This document shows positions 44,566-58,746 of a DNA stretch of 64,000 nt, piece after piece. The stretch spans positions 206,770,001 to 206,834,000 of the forward strand of contig OZ024741.1 of NCBI GenBank assembly GCA_964016885.1. The letters run 5' to 3'. Within the stretch, counting starts at the first letter, position 1; every line of letters starts with the position of its first letter. This DNA is from Eledone cirrhosa. Its lineage: Eukaryota. The notes under the pieces were generated by a model. The model ran no database searches. It saw only the letters and a list, made by a program, of their open reading frames with translations, and was not told the origin of the DNA. The position numbers were made by a program, and so were the translations under genes.

Positions 44566-44994
44566 CGTGCGTATGAGTGCGCGCGTGGACATGTGAACTC
44601 CCAAACCTAGCAGTAATTCATTGAAGTGTGGTAGACATGGGACAGCTGATGTTCAGCCGAACAATACCTGTGGTCAGAATTATGATGACGTAGACGACCA
44701 GCAGCCAATAACAGGTCGCGCGAAGAGGATGAAGGTGTTGGCTGTAATACCCAGTGAAAGAATTTGCTCCGAAATCGTTAGACGCGTCCGTCGAATCTGC
44801 TGGTCCAGAATCAGACAGATCCACACAATGATCGTGTCTCGAGCTGTCCGCCGGCGAAACAATTGTAACACACAATGAATTGAGTTCAGATGCATCACTG
44901 ATTTTTCGTTTTATATTATATCATACTCTGCTCTGTAAAAGCATAGAGTGCTCAGCCGGCATACCGCCTATGGAAGTATCTTAGCTACAATCAG

Positions 44995-44996
<2 letters not shown>
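43171..44996. mobile_element. Fold-back: arms 43171-43660 and 44352-44920, tail to ~44996
   Basis: Diverged inverted repeat; GAAACAATTGTA half-site; tail GAGTGCT at 44946. Confidence 0.8.
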
Positions 44997-45040
<44 letters not shown>

Positions 45041-45060
45041 TTATGAAAATAACAGATTAA

Positions 45061-45111
45061 AGTTTAAGCAAAGAAACGCTGCTTTCACCCTTAACGGGAT
45101 CTTCTGAAACT
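45061..45111 (-). ncRNA. Hammerhead-like motif, core variant CAGAAGA
   Basis: AGTTT-CAGAAGA-T-CCC(GTTAA)GGG-T-GAAAGCA..TGCTT/AAACT. Confidence 0.6.
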
Positions 45112-45202
45112 AAAAAGGTCAATATGTGAACACTTACATATTTGATATATATTTATCCTTATCGAGCCCTCTTTAGATTTTAGTCTTCAAATTTATTATT
45201 AT

Positions 45203-45243
<41 letters not shown>

Positions 45244-45246
<3 letters not shown>

Positions 45247-45680
45247 GATATATTAACAAATGGAAACTATATGTATAAAACCATATTTATTTCATTATAC
45301 ATATTTCAAGGATACCAAGTTAAATTATGGTGTCGTTGCATCAGATAAAATATAATATAGAGCAGTTTTATAAATAAATATTGACATACCCTTAAAGAAT
45401 GCGACCATTTCTGTTGGAAGCTCCCGGATGGTCGCATTTTTTAAGGGTACGTCAATATTTAATTATAAAACTGCTCTATATTATATTTTATCTGATGAAA
45501 GCACACCATAATTTAACTTGGTGTCCTTGAAATATGTATAATGAAATAAATATGGTTTTATAAATATAGTTTCCATTTGTTAATATATCGTATTTTTACT
45601 CCAACAATTTCTTGAGTGCTTTGTATCAGTTATAAAAATATTTGGTTGTTGTATCCCAACAATTTAAATAGAACTTCTAC
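45244..45680. mobile_element. Hammerhead fold-back family F, copy 1 (arms 45244-45592, tail to 45680)
   Basis: Inverted repeat; hammerhead on plus at 45485-45547; flanked by (TA)n. Confidence 0.88.
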
Positions 45681-45764
<84 letters not shown>

Positions 45765-46075
45765 TAATCACACTGATAAGTTTTCTCCTTGTGTGACAGT
45801 CTGACGTTAATTAGATATTCCATTAAATCTGACTATTCTGGGAAAACTACATATAACTTTCTATCTCTCTCTCTTTCTTTCATTCTTCTTCGTTTTTCTC
45901 TTTCAGTTCTTCAATGCAATCTATTTTCTCCCCGTACATCGCCGCCCTAACAATCACACACAATTCCATGCAAATATTAATATATATATAATTTATATAT
46001 AAATATATATACATATATGTGTGTGTGTGTGTGTGCGTGTGCGTGTGCCTGTGTGTACGTGTGTGTGTGTATGTG

Positions 46076-46187
<112 letters not shown>

Positions 46188-46223
46188 CTTTTGCATCTGT
46201 GTTAGTCTTCTTATTTCCTGAGC

Positions 46224-46255
<32 letters not shown>

Positions 46256-46256
<1 letters not shown>

Positions 46257-46481
46257 CGTTTCTGAATTTGTTTAGCAAGATTCTTTATCTGAAAACGTGT
46301 GTTGAAACCGATATTGTTATATATTGGGAGGGTCATGTTGCCAATAAGAAACACACGCACCAGTTGCTTTCACTTCAATTTATTATAATAAATTTATAAA
46401 TTTATTATAATAAATTGAAGTGAAATTTTGTGGTGCGTGTGTTTCTTATTGGCAACATGACCCTCCCAATGTATAACAATA
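46256..46481. mobile_element. Miniature fold-back related to the 35788-37215 PLE (tail 46256-46310, arms 46311-46481)
   Basis: Terminal TATTGTTATA..TTGGGAGGGTCA and a tail homologous to 37137-37210. Confidence 0.75.
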
Positions 46482-46631
46482 TATATATATATATATTTAT
46501 ATATACAGGAACGATCGAATTTCGTCAAATCAGACCGAGGGAACTATGTTTCCGTTGGTCTTTCCAATTGCTAATACTATCTATCGGTCGCAACTCCAGG
46601 TAGAAGGAGCAACGTGAAATAAAGTGTCTTG

Positions 46632-46705
<74 letters not shown>

Positions 46706-46944
46706 TAAAGCTGAGCGTCGTATGTATGTATTATGTATGTATGTATCCTACACACCTCCCTATAGTTTCTTAGCTTTACTCTTTCCGTCGCTCTTCCTTC
46801 TCTCTATAATAGATCACACAAATACACATATTTTCACACCTGATTTCGCCAATTGCCAGATAACATCAGAACAAAACACACAGACACACACATGCACATA
46901 CACACATACACAAACACACATACACAAACACACACATACACATA

Positions 46945-47197
46945 TCTATATTTATAAAGCTGACGGTCGTATATATGTATGAATGTATTTATATTAACAA
47001 CACAGCTTAACACTTTCTTTTTAAACTCATTTCTACGGTAGCTCCTCCCCTTTGCAACTCATTTCTACGGTAGCTCCTCCCCTTTGCTACGAAGTCGAAA
47101 GGACAATGTGACACGGGAGGGTGTGTGGTATCTTTGCAGTGGAGTGTTGTGGGGGGCAGGTATACCTAGCTGCACGCCAGCCGGACGGGCCAGCTAG
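46945..47197 (+). mobile_element. Non-autonomous Helitron
   Basis: A|TCTATATTTATAAAGCTGA ... GC-rich subterminal hairpin GCCAGCCGGACGGGC ... CTAG|T; a second 5' end lies near 46700. Confidence 0.72.
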
Positions 47198-47215
47198 TAT
47201 ACATATATATTTATG

Positions 47216-47252
<37 letters not shown>

Positions 47253-47495
47253 TAAGGAAAATCTGCTTCGTAGAATCAAGACGTATCTGAGGAGCTTGCG
47301 ATTTTGAGAGTCATGTTCGATTATCACATCAACTGTGCCTCGAACAGGTCGCCAGAGAAACGAATGTAATATGTCCAATAAATTCCATTCGTGGTAACAC
47401 GGATTCTCTTTTTTCTGTGATATCATACTCTGGTCTATGAGAACACCCAGTGCTCAAATGCCTAACGCAAATGGACGCTTTAAGCATCCAACACC

Positions 47496-47530
<35 letters not shown>

Positions 47531-47616
47531 ATGTGTTATTCCGGGTTGAATCGGAGGTAACCACAGTAATTAAAGTACTCAGTACATTGCAGAGTATAAA
47601 AGTTTTAATATAGAAG

Positions 47617-47667
47617 AGCTTCTACAGGACTAGAACTGTTTCATTCGTGATAAATCATCAGGAAGCT
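47617..47667 (-). ncRNA. Type I hammerhead ribozyme at the 3' end of a PLE-like remnant (47530-48050)
   Basis: AGCTTC-CTGATGA-TTTATCACGAAT-GAAACAG(TTCTAGTC)CTGTA/GAAGCT. Confidence 0.8.
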
Positions 47668-48090
47668 GGCTGTCCAGGTATAGTATTTATATCTTTCCTT
47701 ATCTGGTGGTAGGAGAGGCTGGAGATTGGGATGGGTGTAGGTCAGTGGTTGAAGGAATTAAAGAAAAGAGAGTTCATTAAAAGCTAATTCTTTAAAGCTA
47801 TAACATTAACAAAGGCAGAAAGAATACAGTAAGCAAGTTCAAAATTGGAATACCAATCCTTGTTTATCACTGAGACTAACAATGCCTGTAAGACAGGTGT
47901 CTACAGGACGGATGGGGTTCAATGGTTTAAAGAAAAAGGAAATTCTTTAGAAGCTAATTCTTTGAGGCTGAAATATGGGTGATAAAGGCAGAAAGGGTTC
48001 CATCAACAGATTCAAGTGTTGGGGTGAACCGCCTTATTGTGAAGTTTCTCTTAATATATATTAATATATATATATATATATATATATATA

Positions 48091-48690
<600 letters not shown>

Positions 48691-48824
48691 CATATATTCA
48701 TTAGTTAAGCAAAACAAACCCAACATTTCACAAGGAAGACATTATTAAAAGATTGTCAACATATTTTAGTTTGATGTAAGGAATGTTGAGAATAATAATA
48801 ATAATATTAATAATAATAATGTCC

Positions 48825-48943
48825 GTTTACAATTGTTTCGCTACTCCATATAATATTTCTGGATCAAATGATTATATATCATTATTGATCTTGTTCAGTT
48901 GAAAATAATTAACATAGGTAGAAATAGAGCAGCTCATCGGAAC
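48825..48943 (-). ncRNA. Hammerhead-like motif, core CCGATGA with extended stem II
   Basis: GTT-CCGATGA-GCTGCTCTAT...ATGGAGTAGC-GAAA-CAATTG-TA/AAC; also present at about 52373-52489. Confidence 0.65.
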
Positions 48944-51034
48944 TTCATAAGGAATATAAATTAAAATAAGGAAAGAATGTTACATAAATGTAATGTTCCA
49001 TATGTTGGTATTTCACTATGTTGTCCTGGGTATATCAATTGTCTGCCATAGTGTAGCAGTATTTTTCTGTCGAGGCTGCATTGTATGAGATATGCCTATG
49101 GGTAACAAGATGACCGCCAATGTACATATTTACATTACTAATTAGAGGGTGGTTTCAGGGGAAGTAACTCCTCGAGTGATTACAAATTGTGGGTAGTTTA
49201 TAGTTAAGTGCTAATTTTTTTAATTTTTTAATTGAGAGACCATTTAAGGGAGGTAACTTATAATTATCTAAGTTAGTTATAGCTATTTAACTTATTAAAT
49301 ACAAGTGAAAATGAGGCTAGATGACTATGTTGGGTCAAATATTCTGTTGGCGAAGGAATTAGCACTTCGATGTTGACAGCTAATAGTTACCTCCGTTCTA
49401 TCGTTAATCGGTAGAGGTCGTGATAGAGTTATGTAATATACTTCGGTAAGACAGAGTTCACAAGATTTTCTTCGTGCATTGAACGGTTGGGCCATAGTCA
49501 AGATATCCCATGTTAGTGAGTGTTCAATGCTGGTTAATTTAAGGTTTTTACTGAGCCTAGCTAGAGATGTCGAACATCTGTTGTTAGGATCTGGGAAGGA
49601 AAAAGAGTGCGCGTTATAGCGTACCTTAAAAGGGTTCGAGTTAGACCCTACATATGAGCTGGTCTGCGAAGCAGTTTTAACCGTGGACCTATAGGCTATG
49701 TTGGGTGTCAGGCAATGTCCATTTAGTGGTAACGGCAGTTGCAGTTACTTCTGCGGTTAGTGAGAGTAGGGTTGTTTAACCTAAGCGGTTGGTCAATGCT
49801 AGAAGGATTAGATGGGGGAGGTGTGCTACTAGAGTAAGTATTGGTGTATTTGATGGGGGGGGTGTACCGCGGTGTGGGAGTTATACTATCCTAGTTTATG
49901 ATGGTTACTGAATGCGATGTGGCTAGCTAGGTTAGGTGTTGTGGAGAATGAGATTTCAATGTTATTTTTATTAAACAGTTTGTAATATCTATGGTTGGGG
50001 GGGGGGATGTTTAGATAGGATAGAGAAGAAGTGTTTAGGGATATTAGTGGCTAGATTAGATGAGAATGGGGGGTTAAGCAAGGTGATATTTCTAGGCCTA
50101 TTCTTTCTAGGGGTTCTAGTGGAGTTGGTAGGGGCCTTCATGGGGTTATTATTACCTGGGCGTTTGTTATTCGTCATCCCATTGCTCATTACTATGCTAG
50201 GGTTGATTTTTTAATTTGCTACTTGGAGTGGGAAGCAGGCCACTGCCACCATTAAGGCTCCCTGTATAAGTGCTGTTACTGCTAAAATTCCGGCGAATCT
50301 GGCTATATGCTAAGGTGTTTCTAGTTCTAGTCTTAAGTTTATTATGGTTGTGGTGAATTGCTGTGTTATGGCATTTAGGTATGTAGAAAATGGACTGTTC
50401 ATAACCAGATGGTTATGAAAAATGGACGAAGAACAATGGACGAAGAAAATCTTGTGAACTCTGTCTTACCGAAGCATATTAGATAACTCTATCACGACCT
50501 CTACCGATTAACGATAGAACGGAGGTAACTATTAACTGTCAACATCGAAGGGCTAATTCCTTCGCCAACAGAATATTTGACCCAACATAGTCATCTAGCC
50601 CCATTTTCACTTGTAGTTAATAAGTTAAATATCTATAACTAACTTAGATAATTATAAGTTACCTCCCTTACATTGTCTCTCAATTAAAAAATTAAAAAAT
50701 AGCACTTAACTATAAACTACCCACAATTTCTAATCTTACGAGGAGTTACTTCCCCTGAAACCACCCTCTAATTAGTAAGATAAATATGTCCATTGGCGGC
50801 CATCTTGTTACCCATAGGCAGATCTCACACAATGCAGCCTCGACAGAAGAATACTGCTCCACTATGGCAGACAATTGATATACCCAGGACACCATAGTGA
50901 AATACCAACATGTGTGGAACATTAAATTTATGTAACATTCTTTCCTTATTTTAATTTATATTCCTTTTGAAGTTCCGATGAGCTGCTCAATTTATACCTA
51001 TATTAATTATTTTCAACTGAACCAGATAAATAAT

Positions 51035-51219
51035 TGTTTCTACTTTAGGCACAAGGCCAGCAAATTACCCAGTGCATTACTCGTACTTTATTTTATCGAC
51101 CCCGTAAGGATGAAAGGCAAAGTCCACCTCGGCGGGATTTGAACTCAGATCGTAAAGGGACGTAACTATGCTGGAAAGCATGGCGTCCAACCCTCTACCG
51201 ACACTGCCAATCCACCGCC
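51035..51219 (-). mobile_element. tRNA-derived SINE with TSD ATAAATAAT
   Basis: Empty site visible in the other arm at about 48875-48890. Confidence 0.88.
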
Positions 51220-51582
51220 ATATAAATAATGATATATAATCATTTGATCCAGAAATATTATATGGAGTAGCGAAACAATTGTAAACGGACATTATTATTA
51301 TTAATATTATTATTATTATTCTCGACATTCCTTACATCAAAACTAAAATATGTCGACAATCTTTTAATAATGTCTTCCTTGTGAAATATGTGGTCTTGTT
51401 TTGCTTAACTAATGAATATTTCCAGCTCTTCGCACCTAATCTCTGCATGAACCCAGCCACCTAGCTGCCTTCCACTGAATATTGCACATTGAGCACATGC
51501 CTTTACGGTTTGGCCTCTAACTAATTCACCAATATCTCCTTTCCTATCTCCATCTCTCTCTTTAAGATTGGTTACTCTTGAA

Positions 51583-51687
<105 letters not shown>

Positions 51688-52106
51688 CTTATATATATAT
51701 ATAAGAAATAGGATTTTGCTTCAAGCATAACTTTATAAAATAGGTATAAATATTTTGTATCTCCAAAGAAATACAGTTTTAGGAAGCCGTAGGTATGCAA
51801 ACACCGGGGGGCTAACGCCCTCTGGTGATGTTCAGCAGAAGCAAGGAGGATAACCGTCTATGCATTTCAGGCTTAACTGGCCTTTATCAGGACGGTCCCT
51901 CCCACCGCTTGCGACTGCTGGACTAGAAGACAGCTGAGAATATATACTTTTCTCGTCTGTGTAAATGAGGTGATTAATCTCATTTGCATATGAAGCTGCG
52001 TAATATATGAAATATTTATACATATTGTATAAAGCTATGCTTGAAGCGAAATCCTATTTCTTTTTTATTATAAGTTAAGCCAACTTATGCAGCTTCATAT
52101 GCAACC

Positions 52107-52530
52107 AATATTTTAGTTTGATGTAAGGCATGTCGAGAATAATAATAATATAATATTAATAATAATTGTTTCTACTTTAGGCACAAGGCCAGCAATTGCC
52201 CAGTGCATTACTGGTACTTTATTTTATCGACCCCGTAAGGATGAAAGGCAAAGTCAACCTCGGCGGGATTTGAACTCAGATCGTAAAGGGACGTAACTAT
52301 GCTGGAAAGCATGGCGTCCGACCCTCTACCGATACTGCCAATCCACCGCCCTTATTAATAATAATAATGTCCGTTTACAATTGTTTCGCTACACCATATA
52401 TTTCTGGATCAAATGATTATATATCATTATTGATCTGGTTCAGTTGAAAATAATTAACATAGGTAGAAATAGAGCAGCTCATCGGAACTTCAAAAGGAAT
52501 ATAAATTAAAATAAGGAAAGAATGTTACAT
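52107..52530 (-). mobile_element. Third copy of the 48.7 kb PLE 3' end
   Basis: Direct homology to 48760-48985. Confidence 0.85.
52167..52350 (-). mobile_element. tRNA-derived SINE with 13-bp TSD TATTAATAATAAT
   Basis: TSD at 52154-52166 and 52353-52365; empty site at 48791-48820. Confidence 0.9.
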
Positions 52531-52534
52531 ATGT

Positions 52535-52596
<62 letters not shown>

Positions 52597-52597
<1 letters not shown>

Positions 52598-53946
52598 CTC
52601 TAAGAAAAATACTTCTGAGCATTACATTACAATTTAGAAATAAAAAATAAAAAAATAAAAAATATATGATCAACACTACTGTGTTTTTTTTTGCAAAATG
52701 ACAATAATTTTTTAGCCAGATAGAAATACCTTAATTCAAGTACATATAGTCCGTCTGTATCGATCTAGAGAATTTTAAATATTAAATCTATACTTACAGA
52801 CGTAAAATGGCAACTGCCTGGTGCCTAGACAAGTTTAAATTTCAAAATTCAAACCTTTTCAGCCGATCGGGCAGAACTTCAAAAATTTAACCTGTTTCAC
52901 AAGGGATGTTATACTAATGAAATAATTAATTCATTACGGAACAACTATTTATAAAATAATTATTAGTGGAGTAATCAATTTTCTGTGATCAACGGTAGGC
53001 ACCCAGAAATTAAAATCACTTCTCCTAAGATAGTATCTTAAGACTGATCTGTCGCAAGCCTAATACATGTGCTTTTGCACACGACCTTCTCAGCATTCTG
53101 GCTCATATCCATGGCGCTAGAAATAACAGCCGTGAATATGTGATTATGAATTCAGCTCGACCGTAGGAGCAGATAATTTCAGTTTAGTAGTCATTTACAA
53201 ATATTAAGCTCTAAGAAAAATACTTCTGAGCATTACATTACAATTTAGAAATTAAAAATAAAAAAATAAAAAATATATGATCAACACTACTGTGTTTTTT
53301 TTTGCAAAATGACAATAATTTTTTAGCCAGATAGAAATACCTAATTTCAGTTTAGAAGTCATTTACAAATATTAAGCTCTAAGAAAAATACTTCTGAGCA
53401 TTATCTGCTCCTACGGTCGAGCTGAATTCATAATCACATATTCACGGCTGTTATTTCTAGCGCCATGGATATGAGCCAGAATGCTGAGAAGGTCGTGTGC
53501 AAAAGCACATGTATTAGGCTTGCGACAGATCAGTCTTAAGATACTATCTTAGGAGAAGTGATTTTAATTTCTGGATGCCTACCGTTGATCACAGAAAATT
53601 GATTACTCCACTAATAATTATTTTATAAATAGTTGTTCCGTAATTAATTAATTATTTCATTAGTATAACATCCCTTGTGAAACAGGTTTATGTTTTGAAG
53701 TTCTGCCCGATCTGCTGAAAAGGTTTGAATTTTGAAATTTAAACTTGTCTAGGCACCAGGCAGTTGCCATTTTACGTCTGTAAGTATAGATTTAATATTT
53801 AAAATTCTCTAGATCTATACAGACGGACTATATGTACTTGAATTAAGGTATTTCTATCTGGCTAAAAAATTATTGTCATTTTGCAAAAAAAACACAGTAG
53901 TGTTGATCATATATTTTTTATTTTTTTATTTTTTATTTCTAAATTG

Positions 53947-53949
<3 letters not shown>
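52597..53949. repeat. Large fold-back (arms about 52626-53176 and 53401-53949) with central partial direct repeats
   Basis: Near-identical inverted repeat between (TA)n; GCTCTAAGAAAAATACTTCTGAGCATTA repeated at 52597, 53208 and 53376. Confidence 0.85.
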
Positions 53950-54024
<75 letters not shown>

Positions 54025-55162
54025 TATATATATATATATATACACAGTATATATATATATATACAAGTATATATATGTTTGCACACTGGATTGGAAGGAA
54101 GTTTGATGAAGTGTAGTTTAAACGTTCAAACGCATAACTGATGTAATAGAATAGGGTTTTAACAAAATAATAATAGATCATCAATTGCGTAAACTTATCT
54201 CTCATTCTTAACAAACGACATACACACATACAAATGTATGTGTGTATGTTTACATCAAGTATATATGCATACACCCACACACTCAAACTTATGTATATGT
54301 GTGTGTGTGTTTGTATATATATATATACAGAGAGAGATAGAGAGAGAGAAGTGTGTGTGTGGGGGGGGGGGAGAATATATAAAGAACTGATTAGATTTCT
54401 TTAGGGTAAATGGAAATCTATGTCAATATGAAATGGTTATTGACTTGACAAGTGAATCGCTTAGCATAGTGTTTCCGTGTTTTTTAACAGTGGGCACAAT
54501 GAAAGTAATTCTAGAAGTGTTTATATATATTATAATATGTAACATGAGTATGACAACATCACAGTATAGGGACTAATATTTATTATATAAATGAGACGTG
54601 TTTCGCTAGTCTACAAGTGAACAAGATCTAGAAATTTTAGTCCGATAGGATTTATCGGAGAATTCAATTCCCAATAGTTTGTAATATCAAAGTGGTAAAT
54701 CAGCTCCTCAAATAAAGTAACGTAAACAAGAAATAGTTTGAACGCATATGCAAGCCAGCCATACTCAAAGTGCTTACTTGTGTCCTGGACCCAATTGGGT
54801 TTATGCAAAACGCAGTCTGCAGCAACAGGTGCAGTGCGCAATCTGCTAGTTATTGTGGCAGAATAAATGCAAATATGCCTGCCAAATTACTGCAATGCTT
54901 TGTCAGAGGATGCTTTTAAACTGCGATAGACTCAAGGTATCCATGTCTAGCTCCATGCGTTGGTCAGTTACTACTACCAAAACTAGAATAGAGTCAGCAA
55001 GTAGTGGCGTCATAGGAGGAAGAACGATCTCTTGTTCACCTAGTGACAGTGCTGGCGGGAAAAACCGAAATGAGATATATTCGAAATAAATTAGCGTTAT
55101 AGATCTCACCCTTTTGAAAACAAAGCTGCAAGTCAATAATGAAAACATCATCATATATATAT

Positions 55163-55856
<694 letters not shown>

Positions 55857-55924
55857 GTATATATATACAAATATATTTATATATAAAAACACACGCGGGC
55901 ACATGCTCACACACACACACAAAC

Positions 55925-55963
<39 letters not shown>

Positions 55964-56187
55964 GAGAGAGAGAGAGAGAGAGGGGGGGGGAAGAGAGACC
56001 TTTTTAAATTGATCAAGTGTTTTTGTGTAGCATTCCAATTGAACCATGCTAATATCATTTCCTTTAGCTCCTGCGATAATCAAGCCGTGTCACCTCCCTG
56101 AAATAATCATCTCTTCTTATCTCCCTCAAGTATTTCTGTAGTGAAGGGGGAAACTTTAGAATAAATTAGAGTCTATGAAGAAAGATA

Positions 56188-56244
<57 letters not shown>

Positions 56245-56247
<3 letters not shown>

Positions 56248-57098
56248 AAAAGAATGAAATGAAATTTCATTTCTCACTCTTAGTACGGCTGATACTTAAA
56301 TATAAGTATGTATACGTACATACATATATGTATACAGACGTAGATTAGTATGTATATATATATACATACATGCACATATATATATATGTACATATGGGTT
56401 TACCGAACATTTATTATAATGTTCGGTTTGTTTGTAAACAAACCGCCCGAATTAAGCCGTACAGTGTTCGGCAACCATCGTTGTCCCTTTGTTCAACTCT
56501 GACAAAAGAACGATGAACTAGTTTCAAGCTTATTAGCTATTTGTCTACAAACAAACCGAACATTATAATAAATGTTCGGCAAACCCATACGTACGTATAT
56601 ATATATGTGCATGTATGTATATATATACATTCTACTGTACGTCCGTATACATATATGTATGTGTACATACTGATATTTAAGTATCAGCCGTACTAAAAGT
56701 GAGAAATGAAATTTCGTTTCATTCTTTTCCATTTATCATTTTCGGTATACCCGGCCGACTAACTCACTCGATATGCAAATTAGGCTAATCAGCCGTTAAT
56801 ATGCATAAGGAAAGTATATACTTTCAAACGTTCAATCATCTGACAGGAAGGTATACGATGGTGACGATAGCTACTAAGCTTGAAACTAGTTCGTCGTTCC
56901 CTTGTCAGTGTTGAACAAAAGGGCAACGATGGCTGCCGATCATTGAACGGCTTACTTCGGGCGGTTTGTTTACAAACAAACCGAACATTATAATAAATGT
57001 TCGGTAATCCCATACGTACATATATATATGTGTGCATGTATGTATATATATACATATTACTGTACGTATGTATACATATATGTACGTACGTATACATA

Positions 57099-57100
<2 letters not shown>
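56245..57100. mobile_element. Fold-back plus tandem copy of the 42.5 kb family
   Basis: 56245-56445 is mirrored at 56545-56732 and again at 56960-57100; hammerhead at 56855-56897 has GTGACGA. Confidence 0.8.
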
Positions 57101-57144
<44 letters not shown>

Positions 57145-57391
57145 ACAAAGGAGTCAATAATGAAAATGTATTGATATAACTTTGCTAGAATACCATACGT
57201 TGGCTGGTAATTATTTGTGGAGATTGGGCTTATCGCCATTTATATTTAGTCTCATTAAATATCTGGTTCGGGGATGGAACAATGAAAATTATCTTTACTT
57301 TGATTTGAAATACGAAAGTATAAAATAAATAATTTTCTTTTACATAAAATGTATGCGAGGAATGGTGTCCGCAAGCTACCCGCAAACTAAA

Positions 57392-57582
57392 TATTTAGTT
57401 TGATTGATTGCAACAGTGGTGTCTCTGCTAAGTGGGTAGTATTGAGCCGGTTTTCGGAACATGCCTACCACCCTAGGAACAGGACATTAAGTATTTAGTT
57501 TGATTGATTGCAACAGTGGTGTCTCTGCTAAGTGGGTAGTATTGAGCCGGTTTTCGGAACATGCTTACCACCCTAGGAACAG
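57392..57582. repeat. Direct duplication, period 100 bp
   Basis: TATTTAGTTTGATTGATTGCAACAGTGG...CCTAGGAACAG occurs twice. Confidence 0.9.
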
Positions 57583-58040
57583 AACAATCGATCCAATTGG
57601 TTACAGGGTAGTTTAATTTTCATGTAAAAAATTCCACTAATAAAGTGTTCATGTCCATAAATCATGGGCTTTACCGATTCTACCAATTATTAATTTCATT
57701 GTAGTAGAAGACAGGAATGATACAGCATCTATTATTATCTTGCGAAAAATAAGAATTTCTGTCTTCAATTAAAAGACATAATATAAACAGAATTGTTCAT
57801 ATTTAACTTTGCAGAATAACATAATGTTTTAAGGTGGATATATTTTCACCTTATCATACAATTCTAGTGGCAATAAATTAATGGATTACAACGAGAAATC
57901 GAAACCAAATCACTATTGGAGTTTGTGGGATTACGGGAGGTATGGCGATGTTTTTGTTAACGCCAGGTGAATTATGATCAAACATGACACCAAGTTTCAA
58001 AGCCTACGTTAATCAATGTTTACTTACGTTTTATTATTAA

Positions 58041-58746
58041 GGCGGTGGATTGGAAGTATTGGTAAAGTGTCGGATGCCATGCTTTGGCGCATAGAGTTAC
58101 GGCCCTTGCCATTCTGAGTTCAAATCCCGCCGAGGTAAACTTTGCCTTTCATCCTTACGGGGTCGATAAAATAAAGTACCAGTAATACACTGGGTAATTG
58201 CTGGCCTTGTGCCTAACGTAGAAACGATTATTAATGTTGGCAGTATCGGTAGAGGGTCGGAAGCCATGCTTTGACGCCTATAGTTACGGCCCTTGCCATT
58301 CTGAGTTCAAATAGGCCGAGGTTAACTTTGCCTTTCATCGTTACGGGGTCGATAAAATAAAGTACCAGTAATGCACTGGCTAATTGCTGGCCTTTTGCCA
58401 AAAGTAGAAACAATTATTAATGTATAGTGATTTGTTTGAGTTGGAGATTGGCTGTTGTATTGGGACCTTTAGTATGGAAACGATTATAATTGGTTCCATG
58501 TATGCTGTATCTGGCATACAAGCACGAATTTACAATAAGGAATCATTGCAACACATTATTATGGCGGATTGGCAGTATCGGTAGAGGGTCGGACGCCATG
58601 CTTTGACGCAAAGAGTTACGTCCCTTTCCATTCTGAGTTCAAATCCCGCCGAGGTGGACTTTGCCTTTCATCCTTACGGGGTCGATAAAATAAAGTACCA
58701 GTAATACACTGGGTAATTGCTGGCCTTGTGTCAAAAGTAGAAACAA
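58041..58746 (+). mobile_element. Cluster of three tRNA-derived SINEs (58041-58226, 58237-58412, 58563-58746)
   Basis: A box TGGCAGTATCGG, B box GAGTTCAAATCC, central GCCTTTCATCCTTACGGGGTCGATAAAATAAAGTACC (Meta-domain-like), 3' CCTTGTG-N8-AGAAAC(A)ATTATT. Confidence 0.88.

Noticed and set aside
44850-44880. Hammerhead in the 43.2-44.9 kb fold-back
   Set aside because: Only the GAAACAATTGTA half is present; no convincing CUGANGA with stem I found
57392-57582. CRISPR-like or functional array
   Set aside because: Only two copies with no spacers; simple local duplication in eukaryotic DNA
58041-58135. tRNA gene
   Set aside because: A and B boxes belong to a SINE head; no cloverleaf, and it is followed by a SINE body and TSD
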